A stretch of DNA of 64,000 nucleotides, taken from the sequence record SRR31156797_886, one strand, 5' to 3'. The position numbers and the translations under genes are program-made. The notes under the pieces are model-generated. The model saw nothing but the letters and a program-made list of their open reading frames with translations. It was not told the origin of the DNA and made no database searches. The stretch's first letter is position 1. The number at the start of each line of letters is the position of its first letter. Positions 1 to 9,289 of the stretch are shown one piece after another.

Positions 1-854
1 AAAGCATTGGGGTCGATTTTTCGGATGTAGTCTTTCAAAATCTGGTATTCGCGCCGTGACACGTTGGTATAGATCATCTTCCTTGTGGATCCGCTGTAAA
101 GGCCTTCTCCTGCAAGCACAGTTCCGCCACGATTAACGTCTTTAATTACCTTCTCACGCACCTCTTCGTATTTATCTGAAATGATGAACATGGTTTTCTC
201 GTATGAGACTCCGCGCAAAGTTATATCGATGACTTTCCCCGTGATGAAGATCACGATCCATGAATACAACGGGATTTTCCAGTCGCCAAAGGCAAACAAT
301 CCGATTACCACAATGCTTGAATCAACTATGATCATAAGCTGGCCAAGCGGCAGGCCAGTGTATTTGTTGATGATCATGGCCACAATGTCGGAGCCTCCCG
401 ATGTTGCCCTTGAACGGAAAATCAAACCCAGTCCCAACCCAATAAGCACACCACCAAAAACTGCAGCCAGGAGCAATTGATCGCCAAGTTGCAACGGGTC
501 ATCCTGCCCGACAAAATAAGTTAGGAAATCCATGAAAAATGCAGTCATGAAAAATCCAACCACGGTTTTTATTCCAAACCTTGGGCCCAGAATTTTAATG
601 CCCAGCAGCGTTAAAGGAATATCCATGCTCAGGCCGAGCAAACCAATGGGAATACCGCTGGGCCAGAATGAGAACATGCTTTCGGTGAGATAGTGAATTA
701 CGATGGCGATGCCATAAACTCCTCCGGGGACAATTTTGTAGGGATTGATAAAGAAAACAAATCCGGAAGCCATAATGAAGGTTCCGAGGATGATGAGGCT
801 GTAAACCCTGAACCACTCTTTGGTAAACAGCTTTTCTTTGGTTACAAATGCCAT
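1..854 (-). CDS. YitT family membrane protein (DUF2179 C-terminus), 3' end runs off the window
   Basis: Not in the ORF track. Manual translation from ATG at 854 gives MAFVTKEKLFTKEWFRVYSLIILGTFIMASGFVFFINPYKIVPGGVYGIA... and ends ...NRGGTVLAGEGLYSGSTRKMIYTNVSRREYQILKDYIRKIDPNAF. The PGG, RGGT and IDPxAF motifs are typical of YitT. Confidence 0.9.
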   Translation of the reverse strand, partial: MAFVTKEKLFTKEWFRVYSLIILGTFIMASGFVFFINPYKIVPGGVYGIAIVIHYLTESMFSFWPSGIPIGLLGLSMDIPLTLLGIKILGPRFGIKTVVGFFMTAFFMDFLTYFVGQDDPLQLGDQLLLAAVFGGVLIGLGLGLIFRSRATSGGSDIVAMIINKYTGLPLGQLMIIVDSSIVVIGLFAFGDWKIPLYSWIVIFITGKVIDITLRGVSYEKTMFIISDKYEEVREKVIKDVNRGGTVLAGEGLYSGSTRKMIYTNVSRREYQILKDYIRKIDPNA

Positions 855-885
855 GATTTTTGGTTTGGTTTTTCTAAAATGGCGG

Positions 886-915
886 CAAAAGTATATCCTT
901 TAAAACAGCTGCAAA
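886..915 (-). promoter_or_regulatory. Bacteroidota primary-sigma promoter candidate for the YitT gene
   Basis: Minus strand reads TTTG-N18-TACTTTTG (consensus TTTG-N19-21-TAnnTTTG), about 30 bp upstream of the ATG. Confidence 0.5.
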
Positions 916-969
916 ATAAAGATTTGGAGGGGTAAGGAAATGTTATTTCAGGGAATGATTATGTGATTC

Positions 970-1009
970 AAAAACAAACTCTGACAGGCCCGGGAGCCCT
1001 GTCAGAGTT
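970..1009 (-). terminator. Intrinsic terminator after the M4 protease/T9SS pair
   Basis: Perfect 12-bp stem AACTCTGACAGG (977-988) / CCTGTCAGAGTT (998-1009), followed by TGTTTTT on the minus strand. Confidence 0.8.
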
Positions 1010-1046
1010 GAATCATATAAAAGTAGCTTCTTTTATTATTCGATAT

Positions 1047-2771
1047 TTACTTCACGATCAACTGCTCTGTTTTAAAAATGGTTTCTCCTTTAACTTCGAT
1101 GAAATAAATACCGGCTTCCAGTCCGGCTAGATTGATTTTTGCTATTTCGCCGGAAACAATCTCTTGCAAAACCAGTTGCCCCGAAACATCAAATACTGAC
1201 ACACTTGCTGTTCCCGGACTTGAAATTTCAATACTTACCTGCTCAGCAGCCGGATTTGGATAGATCAACACCTTGCCTGATTCAATATTTGCCAGATTGG
1301 ATGCGCTCAGCTTCAATGCCGATACTGCCGAAAGGCCATTGGGGTGGAAAAGGCCATCATGACTCGCCAGCGATACATCCCAATCCCCATCGATATCAGC
1401 AAATTCTTTTGTATTCGGATCGAAGGCCTGCAGAAAAATGCCCTCATCATATAGAAACCCATCCTTCTCAGCTGTCAGCGGATCATCACCAAAAACTGTT
1501 AGCGAGGTGGTTTCGCCCTGCCATTGTGCTATTCCAAAGGTGTTGTCATTTTCGTCTTTAGCTAAAATATAATTCCCCGCATCAATTTCGGTATGTATAT
1601 CCTGAAGTGCTATTGTGTGGGTTGATGATGTCTGTGCGATATTGAATTCAGATATGTCATCATTGTTCCCGATTTGATTCTCAGGTTTTTGGTTAAATAC
1701 TTCTACAGCCTGAGTTTTCAAACCATTGCATTCGGGATAAGTTATAGCCATTTCGGTTTGAGCAAGCACAAAGTAGGATTTCCCGGACTCCAGGTTGCCG
1801 AGGGAATTAATACCGTAATCCGGCCAGTAAACCTTTCCGCCTGCTACTTCCTTGACGAAAATTTCCGGAACCCCGCCAAAAACAGTTTCCACATCAACAT
1901 AGCAGGATGAAAGTACCGGAATGAGCGACCAACCCTGAGCTATTTCCAGGTTTTGATTATCAAGGAAAAAGCCATTCATTTTTAACTGGGTGGCATTATC
2001 CATTTTTAACAGATATCCCCGGCTGTAATCCCAATTTGCCAGGGTGTTAATGTTTTGGGCCGGATAATAGATATTGGTGAGGTCATTCAGTATGACCATG
2101 TCATTGATCACAGGATCAAAAATTTGGACCACATCATCCTGCTCAGGAACAAGGTGTCCGGAGATACCCGACCATCCCTGATCCAAAACCAGCGTTTGTC
2201 CGGGAATGTAAAGATTGCTCCAATCGTTGGCGTACTGATTGATCTCAGCACATGCAATGGGTTGTGTAGAATTAAGATCCTGCAGATATTGCCCGCCGTT
2301 CATCAGTTGCTGGTCAAAGCTCAGGCCAGCTGGTTTTGAGTCATCATAAACCGGCAGGAAAAACTTACAAAGTGGAGTAAATTCAGTTGGTACATCGAGG
2401 AACAAACCGGAATTGCCGGTTAGTGTCATTTCAAAAAGGGATTCCGTGATGACAGCCATTCGCGATTCCGTATTATTGGCTATGGCTAATGCCTGGTAAA
2501 ATGCAGGAAAAAGCAAATCCTGTTGATTCATGATGGCATTTGATGCTGCATTGGTCCCGAAAGCTTCGGTGTTGTAGTTGATATAAAGCTGAAGGTCGCG
2601 ATGGTATGCACCAGCTTCACTGGCTTTAACTTCCACATCAAAAAGAAAGATCCCATTGATATATTCGGGATTTGCAAATCTGAAATCAAGCTGCACCTGC
2701 GATGAAGCAATGGATGTGGTTAATAAAAATAGAAAGGTCAATGCTTTTATTTTGATCAGTATATTTTTCAT
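1047..2771 (-). CDS. T9SS type A sorting domain protein with a possible cohesin-like N-terminal domain
   Basis: Signal peptide from M at 2771 (MKNILIKIKALTFLFLLTTSIASSQ). C-terminal CTD reads IYPNPA...VFDVSGQLV...GIYFIEV...QLIVK. Confidence 0.85.
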   Translation of the reverse strand: MKNILIKIKALTFLFLLTTSIASSQVQLDFRFANPEYINGIFLFDVEVKASEAGAYHRDLQLYINYNTEAFGTNAASNAIMNQQDLLFPAFYQALAIANNTESRMAVITESLFEMTLTGNSGLFLDVPTEFTPLCKFFLPVYDDSKPAGLSFDQQLMNGGQYLQDLNSTQPIACAEINQYANDWSNLYIPGQTLVLDQGWSGISGHLVPEQDDVVQIFDPVINDMVILNDLTNIYYPAQNINTLANWDYSRGYLLKMDNATQLKMNGFFLDNQNLEIAQGWSLIPVLSSCYVDVETVFGGVPEIFVKEVAGGKVYWPDYGINSLGNLESGKSYFVLAQTEMAITYPECNGLKTQAVEVFNQKPENQIGNNDDISEFNIAQTSSTHTIALQDIHTEIDAGNYILAKDENDNTFGIAQWQGETTSLTVFGDDPLTAEKDGFLYDEGIFLQAFDPNTKEFADIDGDWDVSLASHDGLFHPNGLSAVSALKLSASNLANIESGKVLIYPNPAAEQVSIEISSPGTASVSVFDVSGQLVLQEIVSGEIAKINLAGLEAGIYFIEVKGETIFKTEQLIVK

Positions 2772-2821
2772 GATTGATATTATTTTGTCGATAATTTTCT
2801 TGTTGTTTTGTGGTATTAACA

Positions 2822-5800
2822 TTATTCCGGCACCTGGCTGGTCTTGCCGATATTGGGAATCAGAAATTCATTTTTATCCACGTTGTTCGACTCTCCGTCA
2901 AGGTTGAAATCACTGGAATTATAACCCGATGATCCTGCCTGGATATACCATGCCGGTGTTTTATCGCCAATCTCTACCAAGCCGTTGGCATCGCTATCTC
3001 CACTAATCATTCCCCAAATTCCCGATCCAATATCTTTCTGACCCAATGCACCTCCAAGTGCCTTCCCCTCATCATCCGTAAAGTCATAGGAATAAAGGCC
3101 ATTTGATTTTGATAAAGCGCTGGCGGACAGGATACTCAAATGATTCCTGTGATGTATGACCACAAAAAGGTTTTCATTGACTGATTGTAAAAAGTCCAGA
3201 TCGATATTTCCACCGACATTCACAATCTGACCACTGCTGTTTACCAGGGCGGCCTGCCTGCCAATTACCTTGTCAGCCGTAGCTTCAGGAGCGGAGGCGG
3301 CATCACGAATCTCCACCAAAACCCAATCGACATTATCCGGGGAATATTCGCTGAGTGTTTCCTCGCCATCATAATTCCACGGAGCTGTATTGTAGGGTTG
3401 TACCAAAGGCAAATCATCTGCTAATCCCGGCACCATGACCCCATCGCTGAATGGGCCTTCAAGCATCACTTTCAGATCAAGACGCAGCGCATCTGTTACA
3501 TTCAGTTCAACAGGAATGAAAGCTGTACCTGCCCCTGAATTATTGTTAACCCTGAGCTGGCTGGTATAGGTGCCGGTTTCAAGGCCGGATGCATCGATAT
3601 TCAAAATTACATCATCACTTGCGCCTGAAGCTGTATTCCCTGCTCCTCCGGATATCGAGAGCCAGGGAGCGGTGGTTTCTGCAAAACCTTTAACATTTAA
3701 AACATAATGAACCTGAGGGACGCCCCAATAATCCATGTCCCAAAAATAATTGTCGTTGCTGCAATCCGGAGCATACATGTAGCTCGGACCAGATTGGCCA
3801 CCATCATTTGCAGCCACAAAAAAGGTGTTTTCGCCCTCCAGACCATCCGGAGATGCTACCTGTGCAAGCAACCTGGAATTTGCAGGAACAGTTGTCGAAA
3901 TCGGCAAAGTGAGCATAGTATATTGCTGATCAGGAATTTCATAGGTTGCCGAATCGATAACTGTGACTGTGTTGTTAAAGTTCCAGAGATACAGGTAAAC
4001 CTTGACCGGTTGGGTGCCTGATCCACTTGTAGCTTTTCTAACGCCTACTTCAACTTCGGTAACATTAAAATCACCGGTAACTCCAAAATCCGGCAGATAA
4101 AAAGATCGAAGTGCACTTGATCCGGCAGAGTATTGCCCAATCGTATTGCTATACACACAGGCAATGGTAACTCCACGAAGTTCCTGGCTCAATGAATGCG
4201 TGAGCGTTATCGGTTCCACCACTGATGCTACAGGGCTATTATTTTCTTTATCTGATCCAGAAATCAGTACTGGAGGCCCGGATGGAGCCTGATATTGTCC
4301 GTTGGACGGAACTGTTGTTGTTTCATGGTCATGATATTCATTATGGTTGATTAAATGATTCGTTGGCAGTTCCGGAGAAATTCCATAGGCAAAAAATGGA
4401 TCTTCAGAATTTTCTCCTTGAGTAAACTGATTTGCCGGAGGTGCCTCGTTTTTATAAACTGTCCAGTTCAGATTGCGTGTGCAGGCCGGACCATTGTTTG
4501 AAATGGACAATGCACCGGTAGTATTTCCATCGGCTCCCAGATCGAATGATAAATCTGATGGATTAAGACCAATATTTAAAGGATCAGAACCCCTGATGGT
4601 AAGTCTGAATTCTCCGGTTGCATTTTCGAAACCATGGATTAAAATATAGTATGTAGTACCTGCAGTGGATTGCCAGGTTATTTTTGAAACATTTTCATAA
4701 CCCCCGCAACCATCATCATCCGCAGCCACACATAAAAGTTCATCGCAATTGCCTTCATAAAGTGTCATCCGGGCATCATAAATTTTGCCACCACACATAC
4801 TTGCTTCAATCACCGAACCATCACCTACTATTGTGTACCACACGCCATTGGTGGTATGATCCGTATCACAAAATGGCACATCAGCATCAAAAGTTGCATA
4901 AACAGTGTTTCCAATTATGGTATCACCACACGATAGTGGTATTGCATTGGCACAATCGTCATTTTCAGGAATGGGCAGCTGATAGACACCCACAGCATCC
5001 CATGCATCAGCAGTTGAGATGGCTCCCTGCGAACCAGCTCCGAACAAAGCCTCTGCGGCGGCAATGGAAGCATCCCGCGCGGCATAGAAATTAGAATAAG
5101 GCGTGAGCATGCTCGCATTGGTATGATAAGCTATGGATGCTGCATTTTCCCAGCCGATTCCTGTAACATTGTATGAAGTATCGTGATCGTTTGTACCACT
5201 TCCACCGGTTGAAAGCAAGTAAAACCAATGATTCGGTACGCCGCTGTTGATGTGTACACCCCCATTATCAAAAGATTCATTTACAGCTTTCCAAAAGCTT
5301 CCATAATAGGTATCCGGATCAAAAAACTCTTTTGGGTTTTCCATGTTCCTGATACCACCTTCACCAACAAGGGTCATATCTTCGCCCATTCTCCAGCTGC
5401 CTGTTCCTATACCTGGTTCACCTTCAACAGAAAATTCAACCACATTGCCGAAGATATCGCTGAATGATTCATTCAGTGCGCCTGATTCACCATAATACCG
5501 CAGGTTTGATGTAAACTCGGTTAAACCATGGGTTAATTCGTGCGCTACGATATCAATACAAACAAGAGGATTATAATTGATTCCATCTCCATCACCATAA
5601 GTCATTCTTTCACCATCCCAGAAAGCATTGTTATAATTTTGATCGGCGTGAACGTAACTGTTTAGAGGAAAGCCCTGACCATCGAGGCTGTTTCTACCGA
5701 AGGAATTAAAGAAATAATCATAGGTTACTTCAGCTCCCCAATGAGCGCTTACTCCTACTGGATCCCAGGGACCCCAGTTGTCAGTAGCGGTAAAATCTAC

Positions 5801-7120
5801 AGCGTCATTATACCAGGTACTGTTTTGCAGGTTAAAAGTATGAATAGGAGCGCCGCGAGTCGTGTTTTCGCGGAGTCTGTGCATGGCCGGCTCAAATTTA
5901 TCTACAGTCATGTCCACCTCTCCGTTGTATTGAGAAGAACCCCATCCCGGAACATCTCCCCCGATGAATATCACATTTACGGTATAATCTTCAACCTGGC
6001 CATAAGCTATATAAGGATTGCAGGGTGATTCAGGATCTTCTTCGGCTATCAGGATAGCACGCATCCTGGTTGGCCCGGCAACCACTGTAGGAACTGTAAT
6101 GGTTGTCGTCAACGTTCCGGCGCCTTCAGTTTGCCCCAGGTCATAGGCTTCACCTTCATCATCAAAATCACAATCAGCATTCCAGTCGAAATACAGCCAG
6201 ATGTTTTCATAATAATACACGGTGGTGCCGCATGACACTGAAACAGTATAAGATTGTCCCATGGTAACATCAGTTGATAAATAGGTAAAATCTTCATATC
6301 CTGCAGTGGTATTTACTGAATTATTTATGGTATTGAAAGTTAAATTACTTATCCATTCTTCAGTAGCATTCTGTGCAGTTGCGCCACAATATGTACACTC
6401 CGGAGCATTGGGATTACCACGGTTATTTGCTTTAACCTCGAACTCATTAGTATTATGAATCCGGCTAATTATATTGACTATTTCGCCGGTTTTTGCATCT
6501 ACATCCACCCAATCTCTGCTGAGAGGTCTGTGGGCATAAATGTCGAAACGATACACCAGCCGCATAGTCTTACCTGATAGATTTCCATTACCTGAAGATA
6601 GGAGAAGCTCACCCTTTGGATAGAAAGTTGCATCCGGGTTGTTCTGTTCACTTTTCAGGAAAGTTTCAGTGTCAGGATCTTCCCACATATAAGCCTCTGC
6701 ATTGATATGCTCAAGGGCAGCGGCCAATGCTGTTTCTTCACTTATGCCAGGTGTGACGGCCATGTCCAGATTATGAATCAGTTGCCCGTTGGCAAACCAA
6801 ACAGCGTCATTCTTTTCATGAAGCACGTATTGTGCTCCGTCGATTTGAATTCCTTTGTAAAATTGATTGTACCGGTGGTGTTTTCCCAATTGATCGGTTG
6901 TAACCTTTTGAATTTCCAGCTGTATGTCATCAGACAAATTAAATGCTTGTCGGTATTCATCTAAAAATATTGAAACCGATGGCTGATTTCCTTCTTCAAA
7001 GCGCATGGATTGTGGGTTTCTTTGATCAAGCAGCCTGCTCTGAGCAGTGAGTAGTACTGGTAAAAAAACCAGCAATATCATATGCAATCTGAAAAACGAA
7101 TGGTAGTGTTTTAGGGTCAT
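2822..7120 (-). CDS. Multidomain M4 (thermolysin-family) metallopeptidase: FTP/PepSY propeptide, GEVED, M4 catalytic domain, accessory domains, dockerin-like C-terminus
   Basis: Motifs NAFWDG, AHELTHG (HExxH), GALNESFSD and GGVHINSG. Propeptide motifs HHRYNQFYKGI and VDVDAKTGEI. GEVED motif YGQVEDYTVNV. Confidence 0.92.
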   Translation of the reverse strand: MTLKHYHSFFRLHMILLVFLPVLLTAQSRLLDQRNPQSMRFEEGNQPSVSIFLDEYRQAFNLSDDIQLEIQKVTTDQLGKHHRYNQFYKGIQIDGAQYVLHEKNDAVWFANGQLIHNLDMAVTPGISEETALAAALEHINAEAYMWEDPDTETFLKSEQNNPDATFYPKGELLLSSGNGNLSGKTMRLVYRFDIYAHRPLSRDWVDVDAKTGEIVNIISRIHNTNEFEVKANNRGNPNAPECTYCGATAQNATEEWISNLTFNTINNSVNTTAGYEDFTYLSTDVTMGQSYTVSVSCGTTVYYYENIWLYFDWNADCDFDDEGEAYDLGQTEGAGTLTTTITVPTVVAGPTRMRAILIAEEDPESPCNPYIAYGQVEDYTVNVIFIGGDVPGWGSSQYNGEVDMTVDKFEPAMHRLRENTTRGAPIHTFNLQNSTWYNDAVDFTATDNWGPWDPVGVSAHWGAEVTYDYFFNSFGRNSLDGQGFPLNSYVHADQNYNNAFWDGERMTYGDGDGINYNPLVCIDIVAHELTHGLTEFTSNLRYYGESGALNESFSDIFGNVVEFSVEGEPGIGTGSWRMGEDMTLVGEGGIRNMENPKEFFDPDTYYGSFWKAVNESFDNGGVHINSGVPNHWFYLLSTGGSGTNDHDTSYNVTGIGWENAASIAYHTNASMLTPYSNFYAARDASIAAAEALFGAGSQGAISTADAWDAVGVYQLPIPENDDCANAIPLSCGDTIIGNTVYATFDADVPFCDTDHTTNGVWYTIVGDGSVIEASMCGGKIYDARMTLYEGNCDELLCVAADDDGCGGYENVSKITWQSTAGTTYYILIHGFENATGEFRLTIRGSDPLNIGLNPSDLSFDLGADGNTTGALSISNNGPACTRNLNWTVYKNEAPPANQFTQGENSEDPFFAYGISPELPTNHLINHNEYHDHETTTVPSNGQYQAPSGPPVLISGSDKENNSPVASVVEPITLTHSLSQELRGVTIACVYSNTIGQYSAGSSALRSFYLPDFGVTGDFNVTEVEVGVRKATSGSGTQPVKVYLYLWNFNNTVTVIDSATYEIPDQQYTMLTLPISTTVPANSRLLAQVASPDGLEGENTFFVAANDGGQSGPSYMYAPDCSNDNYFWDMDYWGVPQVHYVLNVKGFAETTAPWLSISGGAGNTASGASDDVILNIDASGLETGTYTSQLRVNNNSGAGTAFIPVELNVTDALRLDLKVMLEGPFSDGVMVPGLADDLPLVQPYNTAPWNYDGEETLSEYSPDNVDWVLVEIRDAASAPEATADKVIGRQAALVNSSGQIVNVGGNIDLDFLQSVNENLFVVIHHRNHLSILSASALSKSNGLYSYDFTDDEGKALGGALGQKDIGSGIWGMISGDSDANGLVEIGDKTPAWYIQAGSSGYNSSDFNLDGESNNVDKNEFLIPNIGKTSQVPE

Positions 7121-7365
7121 ATCTGAAGTTTTTTAGTGTATGATACGCTATCAGGAACATTAAACAGGGCAACACAATAATAGTTAGCAGATAAAGCGTA
7201 GCAAAGTGTTAAAGAATAGTTAATATACGTCGGCAGCATTGAATGGGGTTCTTGGTAAGAAGCAATACCAAAGCCAAGGATTAGGTATTTTCAAGGTCAG
7301 CTTTTGATGAAAACCCAGATTTGAACAACGTATCCTAATTGAGGGATTTGGAAATCTTTGGCCAC

Positions 7366-7401
7366 AAAAAAAAAGCCCGTTGAATTTATCAACAGGCTTT
7401 T
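7366..7401 (-). terminator. Intrinsic terminator downstream of groES
   Basis: Stem AAAAGCC.GTTGA / TCAAC.GGCTTTT with a long T-tract on the minus strand. Confidence 0.65.
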
Positions 7402-7512
7402 ATTGCTGTGCGAAATAGATTATTAGTAACTTAAAACATGATAATGTAGCAAGTTAGTAACACTGATTTTTGAATTCAAATTTGATAAAAAAAAGTAATA
7501 AATTTTGCCTGA

Positions 7513-7586
7513 CAACTTGAATAAGCCAAAACATGATACATTCTTATAATCGTAATGCACATTTTAGTTTTGGCTTGTCCAAGTTG
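7513..7586. repeat. 20-bp imperfect inverted repeat immediately after the groES stop
   Basis: CAACTTGAATAAGCCAAAAC (7513-7532) and GTTTTGGCTTGTCCAAGTTG (7567-7586) are 18/20 complementary with a 34-nt spacer. Confidence 0.75.
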
Positions 7587-7588
7587 GG

Positions 7589-7876
7589 TTATATCTCATC
7601 GGTTTCAACGATTTTAGCCAGCAAATCAGCGTAAGGGATTACGAGGTATTTGTTGCCTTCGTATTCCAGTTCTGTACCTGAGAATTTTTTGTAAAAAACA
7701 GTGTCGCCCACTGATATTCCAGGATTTTCAACATTACCCACGGCAACTACTTTTGCCATTTGCGGTTTTTCTTTGGCTGTATCAGGAATGATGATACCGC
7801 CTGCTGTTTTCTGCTCAGTTTTCTCCTCGTTCAGATCGAGGATCACGTTTTGATTTAACGGTTGCAATTCTTTCAT
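7589..7876 (-). CDS. groES: Co-chaperonin GroES (Cpn10)
   Basis: 95 aa with LQPL, mobile loop KTAGGIIIPDTAKEKP, VVAVG and VGDTV..KFSGTE. Confidence 0.93.
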   Translation of the reverse strand: MKELQPLNQNVILDLNEEKTEQKTAGGIIIPDTAKEKPQMAKVVAVGNVENPGISVGDTVFYKKFSGTELEYEGNKYLVIPYADLLAKIVETDEI

Positions 7877-7889
7877 CGTTATGCTATTT

Positions 7890-8465
7890 TTAATTTATGT
7901 TTAACAATTTATTGATTCTTGATTTGTCGAAACCAACGATAATCTCGCCATCAATCTCGGTTTGCGGCACACCCTGTTGCCCGCTTTTCCTTACCAGTTC
8001 TTCAGCCATTGACGGATCCTGCGAGACATCCACATCCGTAAACCTGATTTTGTGTTTGCGCAGGTGTGTTTTCAGGGTGGTGCACCAAGTGCAGGTTGGC
8101 GTTGAATAAACCGTTACACTCGGCTGGCGTGGGCCATCTTCGTCATCAACTGTGTAGGCTGTGCTTTCAAAAAATGAACGGTAAAAATCAGGGTTGTTGC
8201 AGCCTTTCACCACATTTTGATACTGGCCTTTTTCGAAAGCTAAAAGTGTAGGAACGGATTTCACACCATACTTTTCGTGAATATCCCGAACTGATGCCAC
8301 ATCGGCAGTAAATACCCTGATGTCATCATTTTCGACCTGCGAAAGATTATCGATGGCACAATTGCTTGTGGCCGAACCGCTTTTGTAAAGCATGAGGTAT
8401 GACTTGTCGAGCTCCTTAATATTTTCGATCAGTTCGCTGTGAGATAATACTTGTTTAAATTCCAT
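7890..8465 (-). CDS. Thioredoxin-fold / glutaredoxin-like (NrdH-type) fusion protein
   Basis: N-terminal Trx fold (YGVKSVPTLLAF) with no CxxC. C-terminal domain VYSTPTCTWC...GQQGVPQ...IIVGFD. Confidence 0.85.
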   Translation of the reverse strand: MEFKQVLSHSELIENIKELDKSYLMLYKSGSATSNCAIDNLSQVENDDIRVFTADVASVRDIHEKYGVKSVPTLLAFEKGQYQNVVKGCNNPDFYRSFFESTAYTVDDEDGPRQPSVTVYSTPTCTWCTTLKTHLRKHKIRFTDVDVSQDPSMAEELVRKSGQQGVPQTEIDGEIIVGFDKSRINKLLNIN

Positions 8466-8662
8466 TTTGTTGATTCCGTTAAGTGATACTAATGCGATTT
8501 ATTTTTCGCTGCAAAAGTAATTTTCCAAATCATATCTTCGCATTAAAATCATTTAAAATTTGAGGACAGGGTACAATAAAAAAAATGCCAAACAAAGATT
8601 GCTGACATTTTGACAACGATGATTACGTTGAAATGGAACAAGGTAATGGACTGGTCCCCCGA

Positions 8663-9289
8663 TTAATTTAAATATTGCAGCCCCTCGCTTGCCGATTCAT
8701 CATCAGGCCTGATCAGCAATGCCTTTTGGAATAGTACTTCGGCTTCACGCAACTTACCAAGCTTTAATTGTGTCCAGGCAAACATAATCGTACCGTCATA
8801 ATCAAACGGGTAAAGGTTTACCACCTTTTCAAAATACTTAAGGGCGGCTGCATAATCCTCACCGGAATAAAAAATCATTCCCATTCTGTAATTGGCCAGC
8901 GTATTGTTAGGATCGATCTCAAGAATTTTTTCGTACTGTTGCTTAACTATGCCCCAATTACCCAGTGCCGAAAGCGGGTAAACATATCCAAACCTTGCTT
9001 CAACGGCGTAAGGGCTCAACCCGATTGCGCGTTTATAATAAGCGGATGATTCCGTGAAATTTCCGTTTGAATAGTTCAACCAACCAAGCCTTAGGTTTAT
9101 CTCATACGAGTCTTCGGCATAGTGTTCCTTCAATTTTTTGATTGCACCGGCATATTCGCCATCGGCTTCCAGGGCATAACTTGCCTTAAATGCCTCCATC
9201 AAGGGCTTGAAATCCTGCGCCCGGGATGTTGAGACCGTAAGCAACAAAAACAGCAATGCAAATAATCTGAGGTTTTTTATAATTTCCAT
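8663..9289 (-). CDS. Secreted tetratricopeptide-repeat protein
   Basis: Signal peptide followed by several TPR units (LRLGWLNYSNGNFTESSAYYKRAIGLSP; YRMGMIFYSGEDYAAALKYFEKVVNLYP). Overlaps the upstream gene by 13 bp. Confidence 0.88.
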   Translation of the reverse strand: MEIIKNLRLFALLFLLLTVSTSRAQDFKPLMEAFKASYALEADGEYAGAIKKLKEHYAEDSYEINLRLGWLNYSNGNFTESSAYYKRAIGLSPYAVEARFGYVYPLSALGNWGIVKQQYEKILEIDPNNTLANYRMGMIFYSGEDYAAALKYFEKVVNLYPFDYDGTIMFAWTQLKLGKLREAEVLFQKALLIRPDDESASEGLQYLN

